From positions 12,419-76,418 of the forward strand of contig JACOXH010000003.1 in assembly GCA_016176415.1 (NCBI GenBank): DNA of 64,000 bases. Direction: 5' to 3'. The DNA comes from Candidatus Daviesbacteria bacterium. Its GTDB lineage: Bacteria > Patescibacteriota > Microgenomatia > Daviesbacterales > UBA10151. This document shows, in pieces, positions 38,787 through 47,906 of the stretch. The notes below the pieces were generated by a model, which worked only from the letters and a program-made list of their open reading frames with translations, searched no databases and was not told the DNA's origin. The translations under genes and the position numbers were made by a program. Numbering within the stretch: the stretch's first letter is position 1; each line of letters begins with the position of its first letter.

Positions 38787-39365
38787 CTAAACCAGATTTA
38801 ATTTGTGGTTCATTTTATATTTTTTGGTTTTTAAATAAGTATTATTTGTTTTGTTTGGAGCAATTTCAAGAGAAAGACATTTTTTTATATTTACTCCAAG
38901 TTGTCTAAGTTGATTGACTTTATCAGGATTATTAGTGAGCAGGTTAATCTGATTAATATTTAATTTCTTTAAGATTTGGGCAGCTATTTTATAATTCCGC
39001 TGGTCAGCAGCAAATCCCAATTGTTCATTGGCAGTAACTGTATCCAGTCCATTCTCCTGTAAAGCGTAAGCTCTGATTTTATTAGTCAACCCGATACCTC
39101 TTCCTTCCTGGTTTAAATAAATTAAGACTCCATTTCGGGCCCGGCTGATTTTTTTCAAACTTTGTTGTAGTTGCTCACGGCAGTCGCATCTTAAGGAAGA
39201 GAATGTGTCGCCTGTTAAACATTGGGAATGGATTCTAACCAAAACTTCTTTGTCAAAATTTTTTCCTTTGATTAAAGCCGCATGTTCTAAATTATCCTTT
39301 GATTTAAAGATGCTGATTTGAAAAATTCCAAATTTTGTAGGTAAAGTAGCTTGTGCAATACTCAT
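38787..39365 (-). CDS. ribA: GTP cyclohydrolase II
   Basis: 'RIHSQCLTGDTFSSLRCDCREQL' zinc site and 'NQEGRGIGL'. Confidence 0.8.
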   Translation of the reverse strand: MSIAQATLPTKFGIFQISIFKSKDNLEHAALIKGKNFDKEVLVRIHSQCLTGDTFSSLRCDCREQLQQSLKKISRARNGVLIYLNQEGRGIGLTNKIRAYALQENGLDTVTANEQLGFAADQRNYKIAAQILKKLNINQINLLTNNPDKVNQLRQLGVNIKKCLSLEIAPNKTNNTYLKTKKYKMNHKLNLV

Positions 39366-39835
39366 ATTTTAGATAGTGTTTTAATCGTTTCCAGTAAAGT
39401 GCTGGCTGCTTCAATACCTTTATTATATTTGCCAATGCTTCTTTTTCTGGCTTGTTGCAAATTATAAACTGCCAATATTTCCAAAGTAACAGGAATGTTA
39501 AATTCTAAAGAAATTTTCATCAAAGCTCTGGTGCACTCATTGGCAATCATCTCAAAATGATAAGTTTCTCCCTTTAAGATAATGCCAAAAGCGATAATCC
39601 CGTCAAATTTTTCGCTAGCTGCAATATTTTTGGCAATAAGAGGGATTTCCCAGGAACCGGAAACTTCAAAAGTGGTTATATTATTTTCAGAAACGCCGGA
39701 AGCTGCTAAATGCTTTCTGCATGCTCTTTCCATGCTTTGAGTCAAATCTTTGTGATAATTACTTCTGATAATCGCAATTTTAAGTTTTTGATTTAGAGTA
39801 TCAAACCGGGTTAATTTTTGATGTTGTTTGATCAT
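39362..39835 (-). CDS. ribH: 6,7-dimethyl-8-ribityllumazine synthase
   Basis: 'KIAIIRSNYHKDLT', 'GSWEIP', 'FDGIIAFG'. Confidence 0.85.
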   Translation of the reverse strand: MIKQHQKLTRFDTLNQKLKIAIIRSNYHKDLTQSMERACRKHLAASGVSENNITTFEVSGSWEIPLIAKNIAASEKFDGIIAFGIILKGETYHFEMIANECTRALMKISLEFNIPVTLEILAVYNLQQARKRSIGKYNKGIEAASTLLETIKTLSKI

Positions 39836-40413
39836 TGTTTCAAAAGTCTTTCTGTGTATTTTGCCAAAATATCTGTTTCAATGTTGACTAAGTCGCCGGT
39901 TTTTAAGGTGTTTAGCATGGTATTGTTCCATGTATACGTGATAATTCCAACCGTAAAATGAGTTTTTCCTGCCTCAATTACGGTCAAAGAGATACCATTG
40001 ACAGTAATCGATCCTTTTTCTGCAATGTATCTGGTAAGACGGGAGGGAAGAGAGAATTTAAGAATAAAGCTATTTTTTTGTTTTGTAATGCTTAAAAGTT
40101 TAGCAACTCCGTCAACGTGGCCTTGTACTATATGCCCTGATAAAAAAGCTTGAGGGGTTAAAGGTAATTCCAAATTAACTATATCATTTACCTTAAGATA
40201 AGCCAGCATGGTTTTCTTTCGTGTCTCGGGCATCACTTCAACAGAAAAAGAATCTTTTGTAGGTTTTTTGAAAATAGTTAGGCAAACTCCATTTATGGCA
40301 ACACTGGTGCCGATTTTCAGTTTTTTGCAGAAAGATTGTTCAGCATTAAATGCCAGAACTGATCCGTTGCTACTATAAAGTTTCCCTAGATGGGTAATAA
40401 TTCCTGTAAACAT
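39832..40413 (-). CDS. ribE: Riboflavin synthase alpha subunit
   Basis: 'MFTGIITHLG' start and duplicated lumazine-binding halves. Confidence 0.85.
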   Translation of the reverse strand: MFTGIITHLGKLYSSNGSVLAFNAEQSFCKKLKIGTSVAINGVCLTIFKKPTKDSFSVEVMPETRKKTMLAYLKVNDIVNLELPLTPQAFLSGHIVQGHVDGVAKLLSITKQKNSFILKFSLPSRLTRYIAEKGSITVNGISLTVIEAGKTHFTVGIITYTWNNTMLNTLKTGDLVNIETDILAKYTERLLKQ

Positions 40414-40416
40414 ATT

Positions 40417-40586
40417 CTCTCTTTCATCCCGACTGTACCCTTCGACTACGCTCAGGGTCCTTCTCTGAAGGACGGTCGCTACCGGAGTTTCGCCGGTTCC
40501 TGCTTTTTAGGGCTCGTGGAGTTTACCACCGATCTTGACTTACACAACGTTGAAGTTGATTTACAACTTCAACCCCCGAAAGAATG
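40417..40586 (-). ncRNA. FMN riboswitch (RFN element)-like leader of the rib operon, with an extra ~38-nt insertion
   Basis: Minus-strand RNA read by eye: 'CUUUCGGGGG', 'GAUCGGUGGUA...GAGCCC', 'AACCGGCGAAACUCCGGUAGCGACC', 3' 'CAGUCGGGAUGAAAGAGAG'. Resembles RFN blocks (CUUCGGGGC / ACCGGCGGUA / GGAUUCGGUGAGAUUCCGGAGCCGAC / AGUCUGGAUGGGAGAAG). Extended -10 'TGaTATAAT' at ~40593-40603. Confidence 0.5.
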
Positions 40587-40736
40587 GCTACATTATATCA
40601 TTTTCCCTCAAAAAAACTCGCACAAAGCGAGTTTTCTTGAAAACTTACTTTTCAGTAAGCGTTAATATTTAATCAAAAACAAATTTGTTGGTCAAGTGGT
40701 ACAAAATAGATCATGAGGTGTGATATAGTATCTTCA

Positions 40737-41186
40737 ATGAAAGTATATCTCGCTACAGATCATGCAGGGTTTGAGTTAAAAGAAACAGTTAAAGAGTTTT
40801 TAATAAAAGAAGGGTATGAAGTAGAGGACTGCGGAGCTTACCAGTATGATAAAAACGATGATTACCCTGATTTTATCTCCAAGGCGGCAGAGATGGTTTC
40901 CAAAGATCCGGAAAATTCAAAAAGTATAATCTTTGGTGGTTCCGGACAAGGAGAAGCAATAGTAGCAAACAAGTTTCCAAAAGTAAGAGCAGCTGTTTAT
41001 TACGGAAAAGCTGAAGATATGCCTTCTTTAACCCGTCAGCATAATGATTCTAATATTTTGTCGCTGGGAGCAAGATTTTTAAATGAGGAAGAAGCAAATA
41101 ATGCTGTTAAATTATTCCTGGATACTCCATTCTCAGAAGATGAAAGACATATCAGAAGAATTAAAAAAATAGAAGAAATCAAATGA
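40737..41186 (+). CDS. rpiB: Ribose-5-phosphate isomerase B
   Basis: 'MKVYLATDHAGFELK', 'IIFGGSGQGEAIVANK'. Start taken at MKVYL (40737). Confidence 0.8.
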   Translation: MKVYLATDHAGFELKETVKEFLIKEGYEVEDCGAYQYDKNDDYPDFISKAAEMVSKDPENSKSIIFGGSGQGEAIVANKFPKVRAAVYYGKAEDMPSLTRQHNDSNILSLGARFLNEEEANNAVKLFLDTPFSEDERHIRRIKKIEEIK

Positions 41187-41830
41187 TTCAAATTCTTCCC
41201 GCAATACTTGATAAAACTCCCGAAGAGTTCGGGAAACATATTGATCAGTTAAGTCGCTCTGCTTCATTTCAGGAGGGTTGGGTACATATTGACTTCGCGG
41301 ACAATAAATTTGTTCTAAATGAGGCGATTGGCCCTGAAGAAGTAGCCAAATACCCCCTTAATCTTAATAAGGAAGCACATTTGATGGTGTCTCATCCTTT
41401 GCAGTGGATTGACAGGCTAAAAGAAGCAGGTTTCAAAAGAGTAGTTTTCCATTTTGAATCAGATGATGATCCTTTGGAAGTTATTAATAAAATAAAAGAG
41501 GCAGGAATGGAAGCAGGGATTGCTTTAAAAATGGAAACACCGATTGAAAAACTGGAACCATATAAAGATAAAATAGATTTAGTGTTACTCATGTCAATTG
41601 TGCCGGGTTTTCAGGGACAACCTTTTTTGCCTGAAGCGTTAGATAGGATTAAAAGTTTAAAGGAAAAAGGTTGGCCAGTCAGGATTTCTGTAGATGGTTC
41701 TGTACGTGACAGTAATGCCAGGCAAATAGTCCAAGCAGGAGCAGACCAGTTGTCTGTTGGATCTTTTTTGCTGACAGGAGATATTAATGAAAATATGGAA
41801 AAACTCTGGGAGGCTATAGGTGGATCTTAA
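41183..41830 (+). CDS. rpe: Ribulose-phosphate 3-epimerase-like (TIM barrel)
   Basis: 'ILPAIL...WVHIDFADNKFV', 'HLMV', 'VDGSV' resemble Rpe. Confidence 0.6.
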   Translation: MIQILPAILDKTPEEFGKHIDQLSRSASFQEGWVHIDFADNKFVLNEAIGPEEVAKYPLNLNKEAHLMVSHPLQWIDRLKEAGFKRVVFHFESDDDPLEVINKIKEAGMEAGIALKMETPIEKLEPYKDKIDLVLLMSIVPGFQGQPFLPEALDRIKSLKEKGWPVRISVDGSVRDSNARQIVQAGADQLSVGSFLLTGDINENMEKLWEAIGGS

Positions 41831-42449
41831 GGAAAAAAAGGCTAGAACAATTCAATATGTGGCAATTTTTGGTTATGCTGATGCTTCTGAAAAGGATGGA
41901 CTTTTCCAGTCTGTTGAGGGGGTCGCTAAAGAGTTGGCAGAGGCAGGCTACACAGTAGTAGACGGGGGAGGTCCCGGAGTGATGAGGGCTGCTACTATCG
42001 GGGCCAAAGAAGGCGGAGGCAAGGTGATTGGAGTGACTTTATATTCTGAAGATATTCCCAATTTTGAAGGACGGGATCCCAAAAATCTTTTTGATGAGGA
42101 AATAAAAACCACCAGTTACGTTGAAAGAACCCTGGCTTTGATGAAAATGGGGCAGGTTTACATTGTTTTTAACGGGGGAACAGGCACAATTTCAGAGTTT
42201 GGCATGGCCTGGGGTTTGGCTAAGTTGTATTTTGGCCATCACAAACCCTTAATTTTGTACGGTAAATTTTGGGAAGAAATTATAGAAGTTTTTAAGAAAA
42301 AAATGCTTCTTCGCCCTGAAGAGTTAAAAGTTTATAAAATAGTAAACAGTCCTTTACAGGTACTGGATGCTATAGCTGATTTTGAAAAGGAGTTGGAAAG
42401 AGGAGAACATGATCATGGCGTGCGTACAAGCAAAGATTACAGTTTGTAG
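41820..42449 (+). CDS. LOG-family protein (TIGR00730, cytokinin riboside 5'-monophosphate phosphoribohydrolase-like)
   Basis: 'VVDGGGPGVMRA' and 'FNGGTGTISEF' motifs. Confidence 0.7.
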   Translation: MDLKEKKARTIQYVAIFGYADASEKDGLFQSVEGVAKELAEAGYTVVDGGGPGVMRAATIGAKEGGGKVIGVTLYSEDIPNFEGRDPKNLFDEEIKTTSYVERTLALMKMGQVYIVFNGGTGTISEFGMAWGLAKLYFGHHKPLILYGKFWEEIIEVFKKKMLLRPEELKVYKIVNSPLQVLDAIADFEKELERGEHDHGVRTSKDYSL

Positions 42450-42605
42450 ATTATGAATTGTTATTTCTGTGGAGAGTTATTATCGCAACTTTTTGCCGCT
42501 TTTATAGCTTTGATAACCTTTTTAGTTGTACCAGTAATGCAGATTTTAGGAGCTACTATGAAATTAATTAGTGATAAAATTATATCTTTGAAAAAAGTTT
42601 AAACT

Positions 42606-43034
42606 ATGATTTCATCAAAACTTTCAAACAGACTGATTTTTATTTTCAGCTTACTGGGTTTTGCGGTGTCTGCTTTTTTGCTTTATGAATATTCTTTAAG
42701 CGGGCCAATGGTTTGTCCTGTAGGAAAAGGTTGTGATATTGTCCGGTCCAGTCCGTACGCTTCTTTTTTTGGTATTCCGATTCCTGCTTTTGGGATTGTT
42801 TTTTACCTTACTATGGCAGCGTTATCTGTTATCCATTCTCATGAAATACCTACAAAAATAATTAAAAGATTACAACTTTTACTTGCTTTAACAGGAGTTG
42901 GTTTTGGAGCGTATTTAACATACCTGGAAGCTTTTGTGATTAAAGCTTTTTGTTTTTGGTGTGTTTTATCTTTTATTATTTCAGTTATAATCTTAAAAGT
43001 TATACTTATCAGAAGAAATGAAAACAGAGACTAA
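42606..43034 (+). CDS. Vitamin K epoxide reductase (VKOR)-family disulfide oxidoreductase
   Basis: 4-TM with loop Cys 'CPVGKGC' and TM 'CFWC'. Confidence 0.7.
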   Translation: MISSKLSNRLIFIFSLLGFAVSAFLLYEYSLSGPMVCPVGKGCDIVRSSPYASFFGIPIPAFGIVFYLTMAALSVIHSHEIPTKIIKRLQLLLALTGVGFGAYLTYLEAFVIKAFCFWCVLSFIISVIILKVILIRRNENRD

Positions 43035-43668
43035 AGTACTGGGGATAATTTTACTTGTTACAGTGGCATTGCTTTTGGGTTTTGTATTTTTTTTAGGCAA
43101 AAGTTCAAATTCTTCCAATAATATAAGCAGTGAAGTTTTACAAATTGATTATTCCAAAGGGCAAAGAATAGGCAGTGACAGTGCTAAAGTAAGGCTGGTG
43201 GAATTTTCAGATTTTCAGTGTCCTGCCTGCAGATCAGCAGAACCATATATAAAGCAGGTGATTTCCTCTTATGGTGACAATGTGCAATTTATTTACCGCC
43301 ACTTCCCTCTTCCTCAACATCAGTTTGGTAAAAAAACAGCCTATCTGGCAGAAGCAGCAGGAGAGCAGGGTAAGTTTTGGCAGATGCATGAGAAGATTTT
43401 TGAAACCCAGGACAGTTGGTCTAAGATGTCAGGAAGTGATGCTGATTCATATTTCTTAAAATTAGCAAAAGAATTAGAAATTGATGAAAGTAAGGCAAAA
43501 GAGGCTATGGAGGGGGATGTTTACAAAACAAAAATAGATGAGGATATTGCTGAAGGCAGAAAATTGAGGATCAATTCAACCCCAACATTTTTCCTAAACG
43601 GAAAAAAATTAAACTTGCAAAGTTTTGCTGATTTAAATACTATAGTAGGAGAAGAGCTGAAAAAATGA
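43018..43668 (+). CDS. DsbA-like thioredoxin-domain protein
   Basis: TM anchor then 'FSDFQCPACRSAEP'. Confidence 0.7.
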   Translation: MKTETKVLGIILLVTVALLLGFVFFLGKSSNSSNNISSEVLQIDYSKGQRIGSDSAKVRLVEFSDFQCPACRSAEPYIKQVISSYGDNVQFIYRHFPLPQHQFGKKTAYLAEAAGEQGKFWQMHEKIFETQDSWSKMSGSDADSYFLKLAKELEIDESKAKEAMEGDVYKTKIDEDIAEGRKLRINSTPTFFLNGKKLNLQSFADLNTIVGEELKK

Positions 43669-44369
43669 ACATAGATTTATCAGATAAAGTAGCCATAGTT
43701 ACAGGAGGGGCGATGGGGATAGGTTTGGGGGTGGTAAAAAGATTAGAAGAAGCAGGAGCCAAAGTGAAAGTTGCTGATAAGACTTTGGGTACTGATGTGT
43801 CTTCAGAAGAAGACGTTAAAAGAATGGTTGAAGAAACTGTGGCGGAGTTTGGAGGGATAGATATTTTGGTAAATAACGCAGGAATCTATCCTGTGAAACC
43901 AGTAGAGCAGATGAGTGCAGAAGAGTTTGATAAAGTTATTGCCGTAAACTTAAAAGGTGTCTTTCTTTGTACAAAATATGTCTCTGAACAGATGATCAAA
44001 CAAGGAAGAGGGGGAAAAATTATCAATATTACCTCCATTGATGCCCTGCATCCCTCATCAGTGGGTTTAGCTCACTACGATGCTTCCAAACACGGAGTAT
44101 GGGGTTTTACTAAAAATGTAGCTTTAGAGTTGGCTCCACACAAAATTTGGGTTAATGCCATTGCTCCCGGGGCAATAGAAACACCGGGGGTCACTCAAGG
44201 GAAGCCTTTGGATACTGCTATTATGGAAAAATTCCTTGCCAAAATCCCCATGAAAAGAATGGGACAGCCTGATGAGATTGGTAAAGTAGCCCTCTTTTTA
44301 GCCTCTGATATGTCATCCTATATGACAGGCAGCCAGATAGTGGTTGATGGCGGGGTGCTGCTCTCCTGA
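43665..44369 (+). CDS. SDR-family oxidoreductase (FabG-like)
   Basis: 'VAIVTGGAMGIG', 'NNAG', 'YDASKHGV' (YxxxK). Confidence 0.8.
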   Translation: MNIDLSDKVAIVTGGAMGIGLGVVKRLEEAGAKVKVADKTLGTDVSSEEDVKRMVEETVAEFGGIDILVNNAGIYPVKPVEQMSAEEFDKVIAVNLKGVFLCTKYVSEQMIKQGRGGKIINITSIDALHPSSVGLAHYDASKHGVWGFTKNVALELAPHKIWVNAIAPGAIETPGVTQGKPLDTAIMEKFLAKIPMKRMGQPDEIGKVALFLASDMSSYMTGSQIVVDGGVLLS

Positions 44370-44372
44370 GCC

Positions 44373-45392
44373 TTATTCGTTTACAGATTTTGGTTTTTCA
44401 ATTAATCGTTCCCATTCTTTTTGTTTTTCCGGATCAGCTATTTTATTATCTGCATTCATCAGATTATTGACAGGACCTGGTTTATAACCTGCATTGATTA
44501 AAGCTCGCATATTGTCTGTTGTTTGCAGACCAGCATAATACTTGCCGTCAGGTCCTATAAAAGTAACAGCGCCGTCATTTCCTTGCATAGAGCCAATTAG
44601 TGCAAGTCTTTTTTCTGTTTGGGTTGGATCAAAAGCCGAAGGTACAACACTGCCTTCTTCATCAGCCCACGAGGTGATTCTCTGTCCGTCAAGGCATATA
44701 AAATCACCTTCAGGCATGGTAACACCTTTTTCATCAGCCTGTTTTTGATATCTGGTAAGAACCTCAACTTTTATTTGATCTTCAGTATCCACGCTAGATT
44801 CGGTTATTTCGACGTGCACTGGTTTTAAATTATCTAAGGGGATTCCTGTCAAACTGCCCTCAATCTGTACATATCTTCGGCCATCAGGCCCTATCCCCAG
44901 ATCGTCGATAACTCTAATAGGAATGTCGCCATCCTTGGCTTCCCAAAGATATTCTCCAAGGAGAGGCTTCGTTGCTTGAGGTGATGAGAGTGCTGGTTCT
45001 GTTTGAGGGGTTGCAGGAAAATTATACTTTTTCCTTAAGGCATTTATAAACGCCTGTTCTTCAGGTTTGATATCTATACCTAAGTCTTCCCTTAGTTTGA
45101 TACTACGTTGGATAGCACCTTCTTTATTATGATGGCGCTGATCTTCAATGTATAGTTTTTTTAATCTATCAATGAAAGATGTCTGCATTACTCCCTCAGG
45201 TGCTCTTCTCACAGCTTCCAAAAGAAACGGCTGGATTTGTTCCCTGCCTTGCTCGCCTGCTGCTTGAAATAATTTATCTGCATCATCTATTAGCTGGCTG
45301 GGTTTTATTTTGCCGGACAGAACTTGTTTGGTTATACGGTCAATAGCTTTGGATGCATTTCCGGAAGGTCGGTGTTCGGGTGAAGCAGGCAT
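44373..45392 (-). CDS. Hypothetical protein
   Basis: 339 aa, no signal peptide, no family recognised. Confidence 0.4.
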   Translation of the reverse strand: MPASPEHRPSGNASKAIDRITKQVLSGKIKPSQLIDDADKLFQAAGEQGREQIQPFLLEAVRRAPEGVMQTSFIDRLKKLYIEDQRHHNKEGAIQRSIKLREDLGIDIKPEEQAFINALRKKYNFPATPQTEPALSSPQATKPLLGEYLWEAKDGDIPIRVIDDLGIGPDGRRYVQIEGSLTGIPLDNLKPVHVEITESSVDTEDQIKVEVLTRYQKQADEKGVTMPEGDFICLDGQRITSWADEEGSVVPSAFDPTQTEKRLALIGSMQGNDGAVTFIGPDGKYYAGLQTTDNMRALINAGYKPGPVNNLMNADNKIADPEKQKEWERLIEKPKSVNE

Positions 45393-45471
45393 ATTTCTTA
45401 GTGTTATTTATAATATAGTACTATATTTGACACAAAGCAAATATTTAAAGTAAGATATAAAAAGTAAGAAT

Positions 45472-47382
45472 ATGGCAGTAGAAGATCCTATCTTGAAGTT
45501 AGCTGACGAAGCCCGTAGGGCTGTTGCCCCTAGTGGGGAAAATGTCTTTAAAAGAGGTTTAAATAAACTTGGAAATTTGGCAGGCGGGGTAGGCAGAAAG
45601 GCAGGAGGGGCTTTGGGAGGTGTGGGTAATGCAGCAGGCGGTGCCAGAGATATGGCAGGAAACATGGTAGGAGGAGTAGGTCATGGCTTGGGTGCAGGAG
45701 CCAGAGCAGTTGGTGATGGGACAGTGGGGGTTTTAGGCGGAGTAGCTCATTTAGGAATTGAGGGAGCCAAATTGCCTTTTAAGGGGGCAGGAAAAGGGGT
45801 AGAACTAGCTAAAAAATTAGGTACAGAAGCTGTAATTGGGAAAGCAGGAGATGTATTGAAAAATGTTCCTGCGTTTGGTAAGTCTATTGCCGGTTTTGCA
45901 ACGGGTAAAATAGGTGAAGTAGGGGCAGGTATGGCTTCCAGAGAATTAGCCAAAGGTGTACTTGCCTGGACTGCTACTACTGCAGGAATAGGAACAGGTA
46001 TAACAGGAACATGGGTAGGCGGAGCTTTTGTAGGCGCTATGGGTGGCGCTATGATTGAATGGGGCCGGCAGATAAATCAAAATCTTAAGGAGTCAGATCC
46101 TTCTATTGCCGGAAGAAGAGCGGCTTTTTTGCTGAAATTTAAAGAATTGCGTCATGCAGGAGTATTAAAACCCCGTGATTTGAAGAAGATCCGTAATGCA
46201 GCTATTTTTGGAGCTATCGCCGGCGCAGGCGCAGGAGCATTAGTTCAATTTGTTCCGGAAATTGCCCAATTCGTCGGCGAACATTCAGGGTTTTTGACAG
46301 GAACAGGTGATACAGCGGGAGCTGCAGCAGGTACTACAGCAGATGCTTTAGGAGGGGTAGGGGGTAGTATTGGTAATGCGGCAGGAGGAATCGGAGAAGG
46401 AATTGGTGGAGTATGGAGCGGAACGGGAGAGGCTATTGGGGGTATTGCCGGTGGAGCGGGCGAAATGACGCAAGGCGTTAGAGATATGGCTGGTAACCTT
46501 CCCGGAGTCAAAGGAACAGGAGATGTTTTAGGAGGTATAGGTAATGCTGCAGGAAATGTTTGGAGTGGAACAGGTGAAGTGGCAGGAGGAGCGCTGGCTA
46601 GAACAGGAGAAACAATAGGCGGAGCCACACAAACCACTGGAGATTTTGCCCGTAGTCTTCCCATGGGACAAGGAGCTGCTGATACTTTAGGAGGGGTGGG
46701 CGGTGCTATCGGCGGAGGGTTAGGACAAGCAGGAGAAGCAATAGGAAACGCCGCGCAAGCTGTGGGGTTAGGTGGTGCGCAAGAGGCAGCCCAGCAGGCG
46801 GGTCAGGAAACAGCCCAGGGAGCAGCAGAGCAGGCAGCCGGGGAAGCAGGAAATACAGGCTTGAGTGAGACTGTACAGGCAGCGGCAGATGAGGCCAATA
46901 GTACGGCTGCACTTGATGCAAGTAATGCAGCGGTCGGTGAAGCAGTCCAACAGACCGGTCAGGAAACGGTCCAGCAAGTAGGTCAGGAAGCGCTTGAGGA
47001 AGCAGGACAAGAGGTTGCTCAAGGTACAGAACCTATTGCCAATACAATGGTGCATGGTCATGAGGTTGCAGGGTCTGTGGTTGACCAGTCTTTAACTTAT
47101 GATGGTGCCCCCTGGGTACTGCTGGAAAACGGGACTAAAAACATTGGTAATGTTTTGGAGGCTGCAGGAATTGACGGCGCTCTTGAGGCTGTTGATAAAG
47201 GTGTGTTGGCCCAAAACTTACAGCAGGCAACCAATCTTTGGACACAGGGGCAGTTAACTCCTTCTGCCTATCCTGATCTTTATACTTTATTTCATTTGAG
47301 CAACGGCACTGCCAGTGTTTATAATGATCTTTTAAATGAAGATACTGTTGATATTCTTAAGAAGTTGAAAGTATTAAAGTAA
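45472..47382 (+). CDS. Large (636 aa) Gly/Ala-rich repetitive protein with central hydrophobic stretch and Gln/Glu/Ala-rich tail
   Basis: Dozens of 'G.(A/V)GG.(G/A)..G' units (e.g. GNLAGGVGRKAGGALGGVGNAAGGA), 'WTATTAGIGTGITGTWVGGAFVGAMGGAMI', then 'QQAGQETAQGAAEQAAGEAG'. Confidence 0.5.
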   Translation: MAVEDPILKLADEARRAVAPSGENVFKRGLNKLGNLAGGVGRKAGGALGGVGNAAGGARDMAGNMVGGVGHGLGAGARAVGDGTVGVLGGVAHLGIEGAKLPFKGAGKGVELAKKLGTEAVIGKAGDVLKNVPAFGKSIAGFATGKIGEVGAGMASRELAKGVLAWTATTAGIGTGITGTWVGGAFVGAMGGAMIEWGRQINQNLKESDPSIAGRRAAFLLKFKELRHAGVLKPRDLKKIRNAAIFGAIAGAGAGALVQFVPEIAQFVGEHSGFLTGTGDTAGAAAGTTADALGGVGGSIGNAAGGIGEGIGGVWSGTGEAIGGIAGGAGEMTQGVRDMAGNLPGVKGTGDVLGGIGNAAGNVWSGTGEVAGGALARTGETIGGATQTTGDFARSLPMGQGAADTLGGVGGAIGGGLGQAGEAIGNAAQAVGLGGAQEAAQQAGQETAQGAAEQAAGEAGNTGLSETVQAAADEANSTAALDASNAAVGEAVQQTGQETVQQVGQEALEEAGQEVAQGTEPIANTMVHGHEVAGSVVDQSLTYDGAPWVLLENGTKNIGNVLEAAGIDGALEAVDKGVLAQNLQQATNLWTQGQLTPSAYPDLYTLFHLSNGTASVYNDLLNEDTVDILKKLKVLK

Positions 47383-47383
47383 A

Positions 47384-47734
47384 ATGGATCCAATTACGCA
47401 GAATGTAAATGCAAATATTGAAGAATATATAAACAGTTTAGCTGCTGAATGTTTACAGGCACAGGGAATTGTTAACCTTACACAAGAGCAAAAGGATGCA
47501 TTTGCCGCTTCTGTGCAGGAATATCTTTCCCAAGCAGCTCTTGAGGTTTTGGTAAATAGACTTAATTCTGAACAATTAAGCCAGATTGAGAATCTTGATC
47601 CTGCAAGCGATGAGATGATGGAAAAAATACAGCAACTGGCAGCTCAGGTGCCAGGATTGGCAGACGAGATGGAGAAAAGATTCAGATCCGATGTAGAATA
47701 TATAAAACAGAATTCTAAAGTTCCTCAAGGTTAA
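47384..47734 (+). CDS. Hypothetical acidic Gln/Glu-rich helical protein
   Basis: 116 aa, starts 2 nt after previous stop. Confidence 0.4.
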   Translation: MDPITQNVNANIEEYINSLAAECLQAQGIVNLTQEQKDAFAASVQEYLSQAALEVLVNRLNSEQLSQIENLDPASDEMMEKIQQLAAQVPGLADEMEKRFRSDVEYIKQNSKVPQG

Positions 47735-47754
47735 AAACAGGAGGTGATTTTAAA

Positions 47755-47886
47755 ATGATGGGTGGGGGATATGGTGGAATGATGGGTGCAGGTTTTGGGT
47801 TTTTTGGAACAATCTTGTGGATAGTAATTGTAGCTGATCTTATTCTTCTGGGTGTGTGGCTTTTTAAACAAGTAAATAAGAAATAG
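47755..47886 (+). CDS. Small Gly-rich TM peptide MMGGGYGGMMGAGFGFFGTILWIVIVADLILLGVWLFKQVNKK
   Basis: Strong SD 'GGAGGTGA' 7 nt upstream of ATG; below track cutoff. Confidence 0.35.
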   Translation: MMGGGYGGMMGAGFGFFGTILWIVIVADLILLGVWLFKQVNKK

Positions 47887-47906
47887 GCTTCTGTTATACT
47901 AAAATA

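Noticed and set aside
40390-40665. ORF 40390-40665 (+) 91 aa
   Set aside because: Lies over the putative FMN-riboswitch leader and promoter of the rib operon; composition non-protein-like.
46245-47061. Minus-strand Pro/Ala/Leu-rich ORFs inside the Gly-rich gene
   Set aside because: Reverse-complement reading of the GGN/GCN-rich repeats yields Pro/Ala runs; artefact of composition.
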